NCBI RefSeq assembly: GCF_006345805.1 | Contig: NW_021824037.1 | Coordinates: 1-20,051 of the forward strand | DNA: 20,051 bases | Direction: 5' to 3' | From: Octopus sinensis | Lineage: Eukaryota | Shown: piece by piece, positions 1 to 10,169 of the stretch | Layout of the letters: each line of letters starts with the position of its first letter | How positions within the stretch are numbered: position 1 is the first letter of the stretch | Translations under genes and position numbers: made by a program | Notes under the pieces: generated by a model | Seen by the model: the letters and a program-made list of their open reading frames with translations, nothing else | The model's database searches: none | Told to the model about the DNA's origin: nothing

Positions 1-110
1 CGAAATTTTCTCAGACACCTGATGAAGGCTGGAGAGTATATCAGTCGAAACGGTGTGTTAACAACAAACAAGATGAGGGCAATATCCGTAAAATGTAAAT
101 AATGTACATA
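1..110 (+). mobile_element. 3' part of HHR-bearing SINE-like element (family A), cut by the window edge
   Basis: Near-identical to 16395-16505 (+) and to the reverse complement of 11521-11625: ...CAGACACCTGATGAAGGCTGGAGAGTATATCAGTCGAAACGGTGTGTTAACAACAAACAAGATGAGG...AAATGTAAATAATGT. Confidence 0.85.
14..59 (+). ncRNA. Type-I hammerhead ribozyme motif, family A, with mutated cleavage triplet
   Basis: Stem I GACAC(14-18)/GTGTT(55-59); core CTGATGA(19-25) plus an extra A; stem II GGCTG(27-31)/CAGTC(42-46); GAAA(47-50); then CGGT where the other copies have CGTT, so conserved U16.1 is lost. Confidence 0.65.
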
Positions 111-704
111 ATTCCTCATCTTTTAAATATAGAACTGAACTCACAGCAGTTTCCTCATTGAGGCTTTATTTCTCTTGTATAAAAAAAATCTATTGGAAAC
201 TGGTTCCAGTTATCGATCTCCGATGAATTTATGTTTAACGCCTACAATGCGGGTTTTTCCTGTTCTCTTATGATGTTACACGACCGCGAATTTTACACTT
301 TAAGCTTTCGTGAAATCTAAACATTACATGATTTGTATCTTATCATTTATTTATCTATTACAACAACACTGGTTGTCAAGTGACTGGGGATATCTCTCAA
401 CATATCACTCTATGTACGATGTCTCTACTTATTTGTTTCTGTCGTTATATATTTTCTATTCCGTTCTTTTCATTAGCGTTCGTTCTGCAGACCTCACAGT
501 TCCTTGTAATTGCACTTGTCACGTTTTACTGTTTTTCAGTCCGTGATTATCTAGCATGTACGCTCATTTATAACCCAATAGCTTAGGTTGTCCACATCGT
601 CAGGTTGAAGAATATTACTGGAAGATGTCGAAATTGTAATGGTATTTGGTCGACAGCAGAAGATGGACTTTAACATATCTGCAGCTTTGTTTTTCCATGT
701 TTTC

Positions 705-709
<5 letters not shown>

Positions 710-750
<41 letters not shown>

Positions 751-786
751 TGTGGTATGTGTAATATATATATATATATATATATA
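710..786. repeat. (TG)n and (TA)n microsatellites
   Basis: Directly visible dinucleotide runs. Confidence 0.95.
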
Positions 787-1016
787 CCAGGGAAAGCACA
801 TAAATGGGCAACATGATGAGGAAAAATAGAACTAGAATAATTAAATAATTAAAGCTGCAAAAGCATCACAAAAATATCATAAAAAACTGTTACTCAGAAT
901 TTCAGGTTTCCGTTCATCAGACAATTTTGACTGTGAGACAAACGGGGCCGTAAAACACTGAGTAGTAGTTTTTGTGATCTTTTCTTGTTTTTTTCGCAGT
1001 TTTAACAATAATTAAG
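787..1016 (-). mobile_element. Small repeat element, family B (HHR-bearing, partly palindromic)
   Basis: Begins CC right after a (TA)n run. CCAGGGAAAGCACATAAATGGGCAAC...AAAACTGTTACTC aligns by eye with CCGGAGTAAATACATAAATGTGAAAC...AAACCTGTTACT at 5977. ATCACAAAAA and TTTTTGTGAT form inverted arms. Confidence 0.6.
883..928 (-). ncRNA. Type-I hammerhead ribozyme-like motif, family B
   Basis: Minus strand reads AAAATTGT-CTGATGA-ACGGAAACCT-GAAA-TTCTGAG-TA-ACAGTTTT: exact core, GAAA, short stem III, GUA triplet and an 8-bp stem I with one U.G pair. Stem II is imperfect. Confidence 0.6.
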
Positions 1017-1024
1017 TATATATA

Positions 1025-1140
1025 GGCGCAGGAATGGCTCTGTGGTAAGAAGCTTGCTTACCAATCGCATGGTTTCAGGTTCAGTCCCAATGCACAGCAC
1101 CTTGGGCAAGTGTCTTCTACTATAGCCTCAGGCCAACCAT
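1025..1140 (+). mobile_element. tRNA-derived SINE family 1, 5' part
   Basis: GGCGCAGGAATGGCTCTGTGGTAAGAAGCTTGCTTACCAA...GGTTCAGTCCC...CCTTGGGCAAGTGTCTTCTACTATAGCC; A/B-box-like head; homologous to six other copies in the window. Confidence 0.9.
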
Positions 1141-1143
1141 AAC

Positions 1144-1395
1144 TCAGTCCTCGTTGAAAAGGAGTCTATTATAACATATGACAGACTAGGGCAGTACATC
1201 CACTGGAATGCTTGTAAATACTACAAAATTAAATTTCATTATAAGTGGTACAGGCACCATCCAGAGGACGTAGTCAATGGTGAGGGTGTCACCATCCTTT
1301 GGAACTTTCCAATGCAAAGAGACAGAAAAATTGACTCCAATTGACCAGACATTGTGATCAGGGACTACAACAGAGGAACTTGTCTGCTAATAGAT
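1144..1395 (+). pseudogene. R4/Dong-clade non-LTR retrotransposon fragment, start of restriction-like endonuclease (RLE) domain
   Basis: Frame +1 manual translation: SVLVEKESIITYDRLGQYIHWNACKYYKIKFHYKWYRHHPEDVVNGEGVTILWNFPMQRDRKIDSN*PDIVIRDYNRGTCLLID. Matches the RHD..G.YIHW / ILWDF / RPDIV...D...C.LID motifs of R2/R4-type RLE; one internal stop. Confidence 0.8.
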
Positions 1396-1668
1396 CAAAA
1401 TATCTCAAAACGATATAAGTATTTGCATTGGGACCCCTTTCATCGAAAACCGGTGATTGTCGTACGCTGATTACAGGTCAATACCTAGAAACTGTAGTCC
1501 GTGCGTATCACTTAGGTTGACGAGGGAAGGATGACCTCCCTTTGCAAATACCATAGTGCTCAGAAAGTGTGCCTTAAGCCAGCTAGAGACAATGTTCTCC
1601 TGGGGCTACAAGCTACAGTAACACCCACCCTTAGTGGTTAGCCATGTTGAGATGGCAAATATACCTAA

Positions 1669-1882
1669 CTTTCTCACTATAAAGATCTACAAATTGAAAT
1701 CATAAAAATGTGGAACCTTAGTACTACGATAATACCAGTAGTAATTGGTGAGTTGGGAATGATAAAGAAAGGAGCTGAGAAGTATGTTAAGCAACTCCCT
1801 GGTAATTCCAATCTCTGTGAACTACAAAAGGATAATCTTGATGGGTACAGCCCATATACTATGGAAAGCACTCTCCATCTAA
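1669..1882 (+). pseudogene. R4/Dong-clade retrotransposon C-terminus (RLE end), frameshifted
   Basis: LSHYKDLQIEIIKMWNLSTTIIPVVIGELGMIKKGAEKYVKQLPGNSNLCELQK, then a shift near 1831 to IILMGTAHILWKALSI*. KY..L..EI..MW, IPVVIG.LG and GTAHIL are typical R4/Dong terminal motifs. Confidence 0.85.
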
Positions 1883-2056
1883 AATTGAATAAATGTGGTG
1901 ATAATTTTAGCATGCATAACAAAGCAAAAGTGCCCTTGCTACTCTTGGCCTCCGGAGGATGCCCGGCATTAAGGCAGCTGAAATAAAGTTATAATGAAAA
2001 GAAATCATAAATGATAATAATAGCAACAACAACAACAACAATAATAATAATAATAA
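1883..2056 (+). mobile_element. 3' UTR and (AAC)n(AAT)n tail of the R4/Dong fragment
   Basis: Follows the ORF stop directly and ends in AAC/AAT repeats. Confidence 0.55.
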
Positions 2057-2071
2057 AGATATCAATAATCA

Positions 2072-2270
2072 TGATTTCACATTTTGTCACAAGGGCAACA
2101 ATTTTGGGGGAGGGGATTAATCAATTACATCAGCCCCAGTGTCCAACTGGTACATATTTTTTTGACCCCTAAAGGATGTAAGATAAAGTCAAACTCAGAC
2201 ATAACAACAGGCAAAATACTGCTAAGCATTTCATCCAGGGTACTAAAGGTTTTGCCAGCTTACTGCCTTA
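2072..2270 (-). mobile_element. SINE family 2, diverged copy
   Basis: Minus strand begins TAAGGCAGTAAGCTGGCAAAACC...AAATGCTTAGCAGTATTT; homologous to 2305-2517, 11483-11520 and 17693-17800. Confidence 0.8.
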
Positions 2271-2304
2271 ATAATAATAATAATAATTATTATTTTTATT
2301 ATTA

Positions 2305-2512
2305 TTTCAAATTTTTGCCACAAGGGAAGTTTGGGAGAGGTGGGGATGAGTCGAATACAATGATCCCAGTATTCAACTGGTACTTATTTTATCAACCCCA
2401 AAAGGAGGAAAGGCAAAGTCGACCTCAGCAGAATTTGAACTCAGAACATAGCGACAGGCAACATACCACTAAGCATTTTGCCCAGTGTGCTAAATGCTTT
2501 GCCAGTGCACCG

Positions 2513-2517
<5 letters not shown>
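2305..2517 (-). mobile_element. SINE family 2, second tandem copy
   Basis: Shares CCCCAG/CCCAGT...AACTGGTAC, AAAGTC, CTAAGCATTT and TTTGCCAG blocks with the preceding copy; minus strand has a B-box-like GAGTTCAAATTC. Confidence 0.85.
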
Positions 2518-2599
<82 letters not shown>

Positions 2600-2603
2600 T
2601 AAT
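2516..2603. repeat. (AAT)n microsatellite
   Basis: More than 25 near-perfect AAT units. Confidence 0.98.
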
Positions 2604-2679
2604 AAATGTTATAATATCTCTCATTTTACAATATGTTCAAAGTACAATTATAATTGGTTGTTTTCATATTTATATGCAA

Positions 2680-2897
2680 GCATATAGATATATATATATG
2701 TATATATTCATATCGATGTGTGTAAGCGCACATGTACTCATCTATACATGAGTATATATAGACACGCACACATGCATACGTATATATATGTGTGTATGTG
2801 TGTGTGTGTGTGTGTGTATAGATGTTTATACATTGTATATACATATATATATACATACATACATATATACACATATATTTATATATAAATGTGTGGC

Positions 2898-2936
<39 letters not shown>

Positions 2937-3080
2937 TATATATATGCTCATCAATGTGGGTGCACTGCTTTCTTTGGTTTGTTTTAGCCATCAAGGTCAA
3001 TTAGAGATAAATATATGTATGTATATGCGCTTACAGACAGATGTAGACAAATAGATAGATGGATAGATAGATAGATAAAC

Positions 3081-3150
<70 letters not shown>

Positions 3151-3227
3151 TGGTATATAGATAGAAAGCACAATCGTGAATCTTAGAACAATAATAGATA
3201 TAATACACACATTAATGTATACATACA

Positions 3228-3256
<29 letters not shown>
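2680..3256. repeat. Compound (TA)/(TG)/(GATA)/(TACA) microsatellite block
   Basis: (GATA)n about 3037-3150, (TACA)n about 3218-3256, TA/TG runs before. Confidence 0.9.
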
Positions 3257-3258
<2 letters not shown>

Positions 3259-3387
3259 TTGATGAATGGTGTGATACAGTGGTTGGAATTAGAAGGCCAA
3301 GAAGAAGTGCAGGATGGGCAAGACAGTGATATGATGAAAATGGATATGTTTTCTTGGAGGAAAATAGATTTGTATAATTCCTCTATT

Positions 3388-3565
3388 TTCATATCGTCAT
3401 CATCATCATCATCATCATCAATCGTCATCAATCATAATCATCACCATCAACATTGTTATGATTAATATCATTACTATTATCATTATTATTATTATAGCTG
3501 GCATGATAAGCATTTATTATCATTAGACATATATCATCATTTTTATTATCTTCAATAATATTGCG

Positions 3566-3604
<39 letters not shown>

Positions 3605-3652
3605 GCTATTATCATTATCATTAATATTCTTCTCCTTCTCTTTCTTCTCCTT

Positions 3653-3726
<74 letters not shown>

Positions 3727-3782
3727 CATTATTATTATTATTATTATTAATTTTACGGTTTTTATTATTCTGATTATTATTC
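3388..3782. repeat. Compound (CAT)n/(TAT)n/(CTT)n trinucleotide repeats
   Basis: Directly visible; source of the poly-N/K/I/L pseudo-ORFs. Confidence 0.92.
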
Positions 3783-3959
3783 ATTGTATTAAAAACAATG
3801 TTATTTTTATTGCATTTAGCATCAGCAGCAGCAACGGCTCATGTGTGTCTATATAGATATCATTTCCATATTGTTATTCGCTATCATCATCATCATCAAA
3901 ACCATATTCAGTCTCATGTTACAGTTACTGAAATTAGGACAACAAAACAGTAATATATT

Positions 3960-3989
3960 CATATACATATATGTGTATGTGTGTGTGTG

Positions 3990-4033
<44 letters not shown>

Positions 4034-4073
4034 TATGTATATATATGTATATGTGTATATATATATATATATA
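3960..4073. repeat. (TA)/(TG) microsatellite
   Basis: Directly visible. Confidence 0.9.
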
Positions 4074-4078
4074 TTGAA

Positions 4079-4404
4079 GGCGCATGGCTCAGTGGTTAGA
4101 GCGTCGAGCTTACGATCGTGAGGTTGTGAGCTCGAATCCCGGACGGGGCTGCGTGTTGTGTTCTTGAGCAGGCACTTTATTTCACGTTGCTCAGTTCACT
4201 CAGCTGTAGAAATGAGTGCGACGTCACAGGTGCCAAGCTTGTATCGGCCCTTGCCTTCCCTTGGACACATCGGTGAAGTGGAGAGGGGAGGCCGGTATGC
4301 ATGGGCGACTGCTGGTCTTCCATAAAACAACCTTGCCCAGACTTGTGCCTCAGAGGGTATCTCTCTAGGTGCAAACCCATGGTCAGTGCCTGACCGAAGG
4401 GGGT
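4079..4404 (+). mobile_element. tRNA-derived SINE family 3, near full length
   Basis: A box TGGCTCAGTGG, B box GCTCGAATCC, central TGTTGTGTTCTTGAGCAGGCACTTTATTTCACGTTGCTC...CAGCTGTAGAAATGAG; homologous copy at 16546-16890. Confidence 0.88.
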
Positions 4405-4455
4405 CTCTCTATATATATATACACACATTAATTCATACATACATATATACATATG

Positions 4456-4803
4456 TTCTTTTATTCATTATACTTTTATTTGTAGCCATGTTGGAACACT
4501 GCCTTTTGTTGGGCAAATCGGCCACAAGGCTTATTCTTTGTAAGCCTAGTACTTATTCTATTGGTCTCTTTTGTCAAACTGTTAAGTTATGGAGACATAA
4601 ATGCACCAACATCGGTTGCCAAGTAATGTTGGGGAGCAGACAAATACACACAACATATATACACACAAACATATATATATATATATATGATGGGCTTCTT
4701 TCAGTTTCCGTCGATCAAATCCACTCACAAGGCTATTGTTGGCCCGAGGCTATAGTAGAAGACATTTGCCCAAGGTGCCATGCATTGGGACTGAACCCGG
4801 AAC
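4456..4803 (-). mobile_element. SINE family 1, composite form (head + internal TA/TG tract + 3' module), 5'-truncated
   Basis: GGGCTTCTTTCAGTTTCCGT...CCGAGGCTATAGTAGAAGACATTTGCCCAAGGTGCC...GGGACTGAACCCGGAAC plus the module CTTATTCTTTGTAAGCCTAGTACTTATTCTATT; reverse complement of the 17165 and 18722 copies. Confidence 0.9.
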
Positions 4804-5639
4804 TACTTTTAACACCAGCATGCTAAAAATAGTAGTCAAAATGACTCAAAACCACAGCTTTCACTTAATACACAAGGCCAAATTCAAAGGAATGAGCAGA
4901 AAATGTTAAGACCCCATACAATGGATGAAAAGAATCAAAAATATAAATCAGACATATCCCTATCACAGTGATTTCAAACATTATGAATGAGCATAAGAAA
5001 ATGGAGGGCATCAATAGGTGGTATTCATAAACTTTTAGACATTATATTATGTCAATTTATTTATTTATTTACTAAAATGACAATTACAAGAATATACATA
5101 CATATATAACTTATTATGCTTTACATATAAAATGTATAAAAATATCAGTATTTATTCAAATATATAACATATAGCAATAGAAATTGGGAAAATATCTTAC
5201 AGCTGTTTCAGCCAAGAGGTAATAATACCTCATTCTACCTTTATTCCTCCAGTAGACTGAAGTAATAAGTAGATGAAATTGAGGTACTTGGGTGTTTCTC
5301 TAGGCTTCATCAGAGATTTTGGAAAGTACATAAGGTTAAATTATAAATTTAAATACACATATATATACATACTTTTAGATCTACATACATATACATAAAT
5401 ATACAGAAATACATATACCTACACTTAAATGTACATGCATATGTGCACGTATATGCATACAAATGAATCAATTATTATTAGTAGTATTAGATGCATTATA
5501 TTATTCATATTAGATAAAATATAAACAGAGGTACAAGAAAGTTATTATAAGAGCAGTAATATTGTAATTTATAAAATCAATATATCTTAAGATTATTTTA
5601 GTTATGTAAGAACGAAACTGTATATACATGAGGAACACA

Positions 5640-5707
5640 CATATATACACACATACGCATACATATATATATATATATATGTGTGTGTATTATATAATAT
5701 ATATATC

Positions 5708-5733
<26 letters not shown>
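5640..5733. repeat. (TA)n-rich microsatellite
   Basis: Directly visible. Confidence 0.9.
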
Positions 5734-5738
<5 letters not shown>

Positions 5739-5828
5739 GAGAGGGATAACCATTATGTGGACACCTTATGTTAGAAGTAGATCCGCTATGGTATTGGGCG
5801 TCCACATAGTGGTTAACCCTCTCATATG
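5734..5828. mobile_element. 95-bp palindromic MITE-like element
   Basis: 32-bp inverted arms CATATGAGAGGGATAACCATTATGTGGACACC / GGCGTCCACATAGTGGTTAACCCTCTCATATG with 3 mismatches, ~31-bp spacer, TA-rich flanks. Confidence 0.6.
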
Positions 5829-5931
5829 TATATAATACAATTTTACTGAACCTTCAGTTTTTTTATATGCTAGACCACTGGTGTGAATTTGATGTTATTA
5901 AATTAATATCTAATTTCTCACCCTCATTTAA

Positions 5932-5976
<45 letters not shown>

Positions 5977-5978
<2 letters not shown>

Positions 5979-6170
5979 GGAGTAAATACATAAATGTGAA
6001 ACAAGGTGGAAAAAAGAGTACTCAAATACCAGGGGTAGAGTAATGTGCTTTATTTAAAAGCAGCAGAAATTCAACAAACCTGTTACTACCTACTCACTTC
6101 GGAGTTTCACGTTCCTGTTCGTCGGACAGGTTTTGTTGAATTTCTGCTGCTTTTAAATAAAGTATAGTAT
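5977..6170 (-). mobile_element. Family B element, second copy: 36-bp inverted repeat enclosing an HHR-like loop
   Basis: Arms 6048-6083 and 6126-6162 are reverse complements apart from a 1-nt indel. Minus-strand loop is CCGACGA-ACAGGAACGT-GAAA-CTC-CGAAGT-GAG-TA-GGTAGTA. Flanked by (TA)n on both sides. Confidence 0.7.
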
Positions 6171-6198
6171 ATAAATTTTATATATATATATATATTGA

Positions 6199-6239
<41 letters not shown>

Positions 6240-6326
6240 TATTTCCATACAAACATGCTCATAGTACACCGTATTAGATGTGTTTTTGAAGTGAGGATTA
6301 ATGCAGTAGTTTGTATCATATATATA

Positions 6327-6370
<44 letters not shown>

Positions 6371-6560
6371 TATATATACACATATATACAAACATATATA
6401 TACATATAATATACCTACACAAAATACACACAAGCCCTTTGCACGCATATATGTGTGTACGTTTATCCCTTTTTCATATTCACACACAAACGCATACACA
6501 CACACTTCCCCCTCACCCCCCTCTCTCTGTCTCTCTCTCTCTCTCTCTCCCCCTCTCTCA
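6170..6560. repeat. (TA)n, (CA)n and (CT)n microsatellites
   Basis: Directly visible. Confidence 0.88.
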
Positions 6561-6745
6561 GGTATGTGGGGAAAGGCTTGCTTGCTGTTCGGTCCGACTG
6601 TGTGCTATTTCGGTCTACATATGTTGTAATCACGCCACTGTTACACGGTATTCTTTCCAAGGCAGCAAGCATCTGGTGTTGTGCCATCACCAGAAACGGC
6701 AGAGGTGAACTCTGGAGATTTCTGTATAGAGGCATCCACCAAACA

Positions 6746-7244
6746 CCTCCGCCACCAACCATCACCACCACCACCACTACCACCACCATCGCCATCGCCA
6801 TTGCCATTGCCATTGCTACCACTATCGCCATCGCCACCAGTGCCGCAACCACCACCATTCTTACTTCCAATTCTTCCACTACGACGACAACTGCCACCAC
6901 CACTATCACCACTACCACCACCACCACCACCACCACAACCACCACCATCACCGTCAACATCGCCACCACCATTGCCATCATGACTATCATCACAACCACC
7001 GCCGGCTCTACTACAACCACTAACACCACCACCACTTCACAACCATCACCACCACCACCACTTCACAACCATCACCACCACCACAACCAACAACACCACC
7101 ACCACCATCATCACCATTGCCATCATGACTATCATCACAACCAACGCCAGCTCCAGCACCACCACCACTACTACCACCACCACTTCCACCACCATCACTA
7201 CCACCACTACTACCACCACAGCCAATTTCTCTTACTGTTTCCAC

Positions 7245-7272
<28 letters not shown>
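6746..7272. repeat. Degenerate (ACC)n/(CAT)n trinucleotide tract followed by (CT)n
   Basis: About 480 bp of ACC variants; generates the poly-T/P/H/V pseudo-ORFs. Confidence 0.92.
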
Positions 7273-7277
<5 letters not shown>

Positions 7278-7398
7278 TCTCTCAATCTCGCAGCCATGTC
7301 TGTGCCTATATTTTAATCAAATTAAATTAATTTTGAAAGAAACTTATAAGTTTCACCTGATTGCTTATTCAACCTGATTGCAAAAACACAATCATATA

Positions 7399-7562
7399 GG
7401 CACAGACATGGCTGTGTGATAAGAAACTTGCTTCCCAACCACATGGTTCTGGGTTCAGTCCCACTGCATGGTAACTTGGGCATGTGTCTTCTACTATAGT
7501 CTCAGGCTAACCAAAGCCTTGTAAGTGGACTTCGTAGACGGAAACTGAAAGAAGTCCATCGT
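7399..7562 (+). mobile_element. SINE family 1 head and body; 3' module resumes at ~7825-7905
   Basis: GGCACAGACATGGCTGTGTGATAAG...GGGTTCAGTCCCACTGC...GGAAACTGAAAGAAGTCCATCG; the downstream CATCGCTTGACAACCAATG matches the module in the 17165 and 18722 copies. Confidence 0.9.
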
Positions 7563-7565
7563 ATA

Positions 7566-7602
<37 letters not shown>

Positions 7603-7604
<2 letters not shown>

Positions 7605-7767
7605 CCACTACACACATATTTTTCTCTCTTTGTTTCTTTCTGTGTTCCTTTCTGTAGAAGAGCGTAGGCTCGAAACGTAAAAACTTTTTCTATTCCTAAG
7701 TGTTATACTAATACATCTGTTTGTTTGTACACCACCTTCTTTCGTCTTTTGTTTATCGCAAACCTCT

Positions 7768-7771
<4 letters not shown>
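7603..7771 (+). mobile_element. Small element (family C) with HHR-like motif, nested in the (TA)n tract of a SINE
   Basis: Unique 170-bp block between two (TA)n runs. Contains TTT-CTGTAGA-A-GAGC-GTAG-GCTC-GAAA-CGTA-AAA at 7649-7682: perfect 4-bp stem II, GAAAC-GUA, A6->U in the core. Confidence 0.55.
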
Positions 7772-7826
<55 letters not shown>

Positions 7827-8034
7827 TATATATGTATATATCTATGTATGTGTTTGTGTGTCTATGTTTGTTCTCTCACCATCGCTTGACAACCAATGTT
7901 GATGTACTTTTGTTGGTATTTGAAGTTGCATCAAATCTATAAAGTGATACACAAGCACTCATTTGTTGCATTTTATAGCATGAACAGTTGCAATGAATGA
8001 AGATCATTACATAAATTCTTCTTCACTTGTGCGA

Positions 8035-8103
8035 GAGTGTGTGTGTGTGTGTGCGGTCATGTTTATGTGTGTGTACATACATATATACATGTATGCATAT
8101 ATG

Positions 8104-8166
<63 letters not shown>

Positions 8167-8211
8167 ATATATATATATGTATGTATATATGTATGTATAT
8201 ATATATGTATG

Positions 8212-8262
<51 letters not shown>

Positions 8263-8325
8263 GGGGGGAGAGAGATACATATATGCATAAATGTAAATAT
8301 ATATATATATATGTATGTATATATA
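8035..8325. repeat. Compound (TG)/(CT)/(TA)/(GA) microsatellite
   Basis: Directly visible. Confidence 0.9.
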
Positions 8326-9026
8326 TACAACTACAGCTGGCTATTACCAGTAAAGATTTTAGTTGCCAATTTTTTACAAGACATTGTAGATCTTTAGCTG
8401 GGGTTCGATCACAGCACCAGTAACAGTTAAGCTTCGTGCAATGGCCATACTCGATCACGAGGGGGTAGCCATAATATAGATATATACACACACACACATG
8501 AATTTATTAATATATATATATATACTCATATATACATGTACTTAGCAAGAATGTTGATTAAAATTCTCTACCCACCTATCTGATTGCTTGTTCAAAATCA
8601 CCTGATGTTAAACAGATTTTTGCCATAAAGTAATCAAATTATTCATTAATAAAATGCTACTGAAACAATTGTTGTGAATTCCTATACAGCATTTGTGTTC
8701 TTCTGTTATATATATATATACATATGGACATAGATACATACAAATATGTGAATATGTGAATAACTATATTCTCATTCTGCTTGCATTCACAAATTAATTA
8801 ACACACATACAATATACAAATGTGAATATTAAAAGCATTTTGTCGTCTGTGTTGTGTCCTCTACTGCTGATTAAAAGTTCATCTTTAGCTTCACTCACAC
8901 TCACACTCCACTCATACTTAACAATATGCTCATATTGGTTCAACATGTAGACACTTTATGTAATGGACAGGTTTTCTGTTGGACTAATATGCAGAGTGAA
9001 TATCGTGTATGTGTTCATGAATGCAT

Positions 9027-9710
<684 letters not shown>

Positions 9711-10009
9711 TCATGATCTATGCAGCCATTGTTGCCTCCACCCACACACTGGTCTCAACCGACTGAAATCCGTGTCAATAGCACAACTCCTTTCATCGAC
9801 CTCAACAGATGTATTGTGCACACTGTTATGCACACCTGCATGCATGTTTACACACACACACACACATACATACACACACATGCGTGCGCACACACATGCA
9901 TGCGCACACACATGCGTGCGCACACACATGTACACAACTTTATGAATGCGAGCGACAAGAGAGTCTGTACATCACAGCCTGCTTCGCTAGAAATAGCAGT
10001 CAAATCTCA

Positions 10010-10169
10010 GGGTTTCTTCTACTTTCCTATCTACCAAATCCATGCAGACGGCTTTGGCTGGCCCTGGGGCTATAGAAGAAGATGCTTGCCCAATGTACCA
10101 CACAAGAATTGAACCCAAAACCCAGAACCACATGGTTTGGGAGTAAACTTCTTACCACATAGCTATGCC
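10010..10169 (-). mobile_element. SINE family 1, diverged copy
   Basis: CTACCAAATCC...GGCTATAGAAGAAGATGCTTGCCCAA...AACCACATGGTTTGGGAGTAAACTTCTTACCAC matches family 1 in reverse orientation. Confidence 0.8.

Noticed and set aside
570-603. Minus-strand CTGACGA as a hammerhead core
   Set aside because: No stem II or GAAA downstream.
1517-1548. TTGACGA followed by a GGGAAGG/CCTCCC hairpin as a hammerhead
   Set aside because: No GAAA after the hairpin and C3 is missing.
1708-1986. 92-aa ORF as an intact gene
   Set aside because: Only the first ~41 codons follow the R4/Dong frame; the rest is read-through past a frameshift.
4079-4152. Functional tRNA genes at SINE heads (also 11689-11769 and 16546-16620)
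   Set aside because: A/B boxes are present but acceptor and anticodon stems do not pair, and each continues into a repeat body.
6455-7330. 291-aa Thr-rich mucin-like ORF
   Set aside because: Mostly (ACC)n and (CT)n; open in several frames on both strands, as expected for such repeats.
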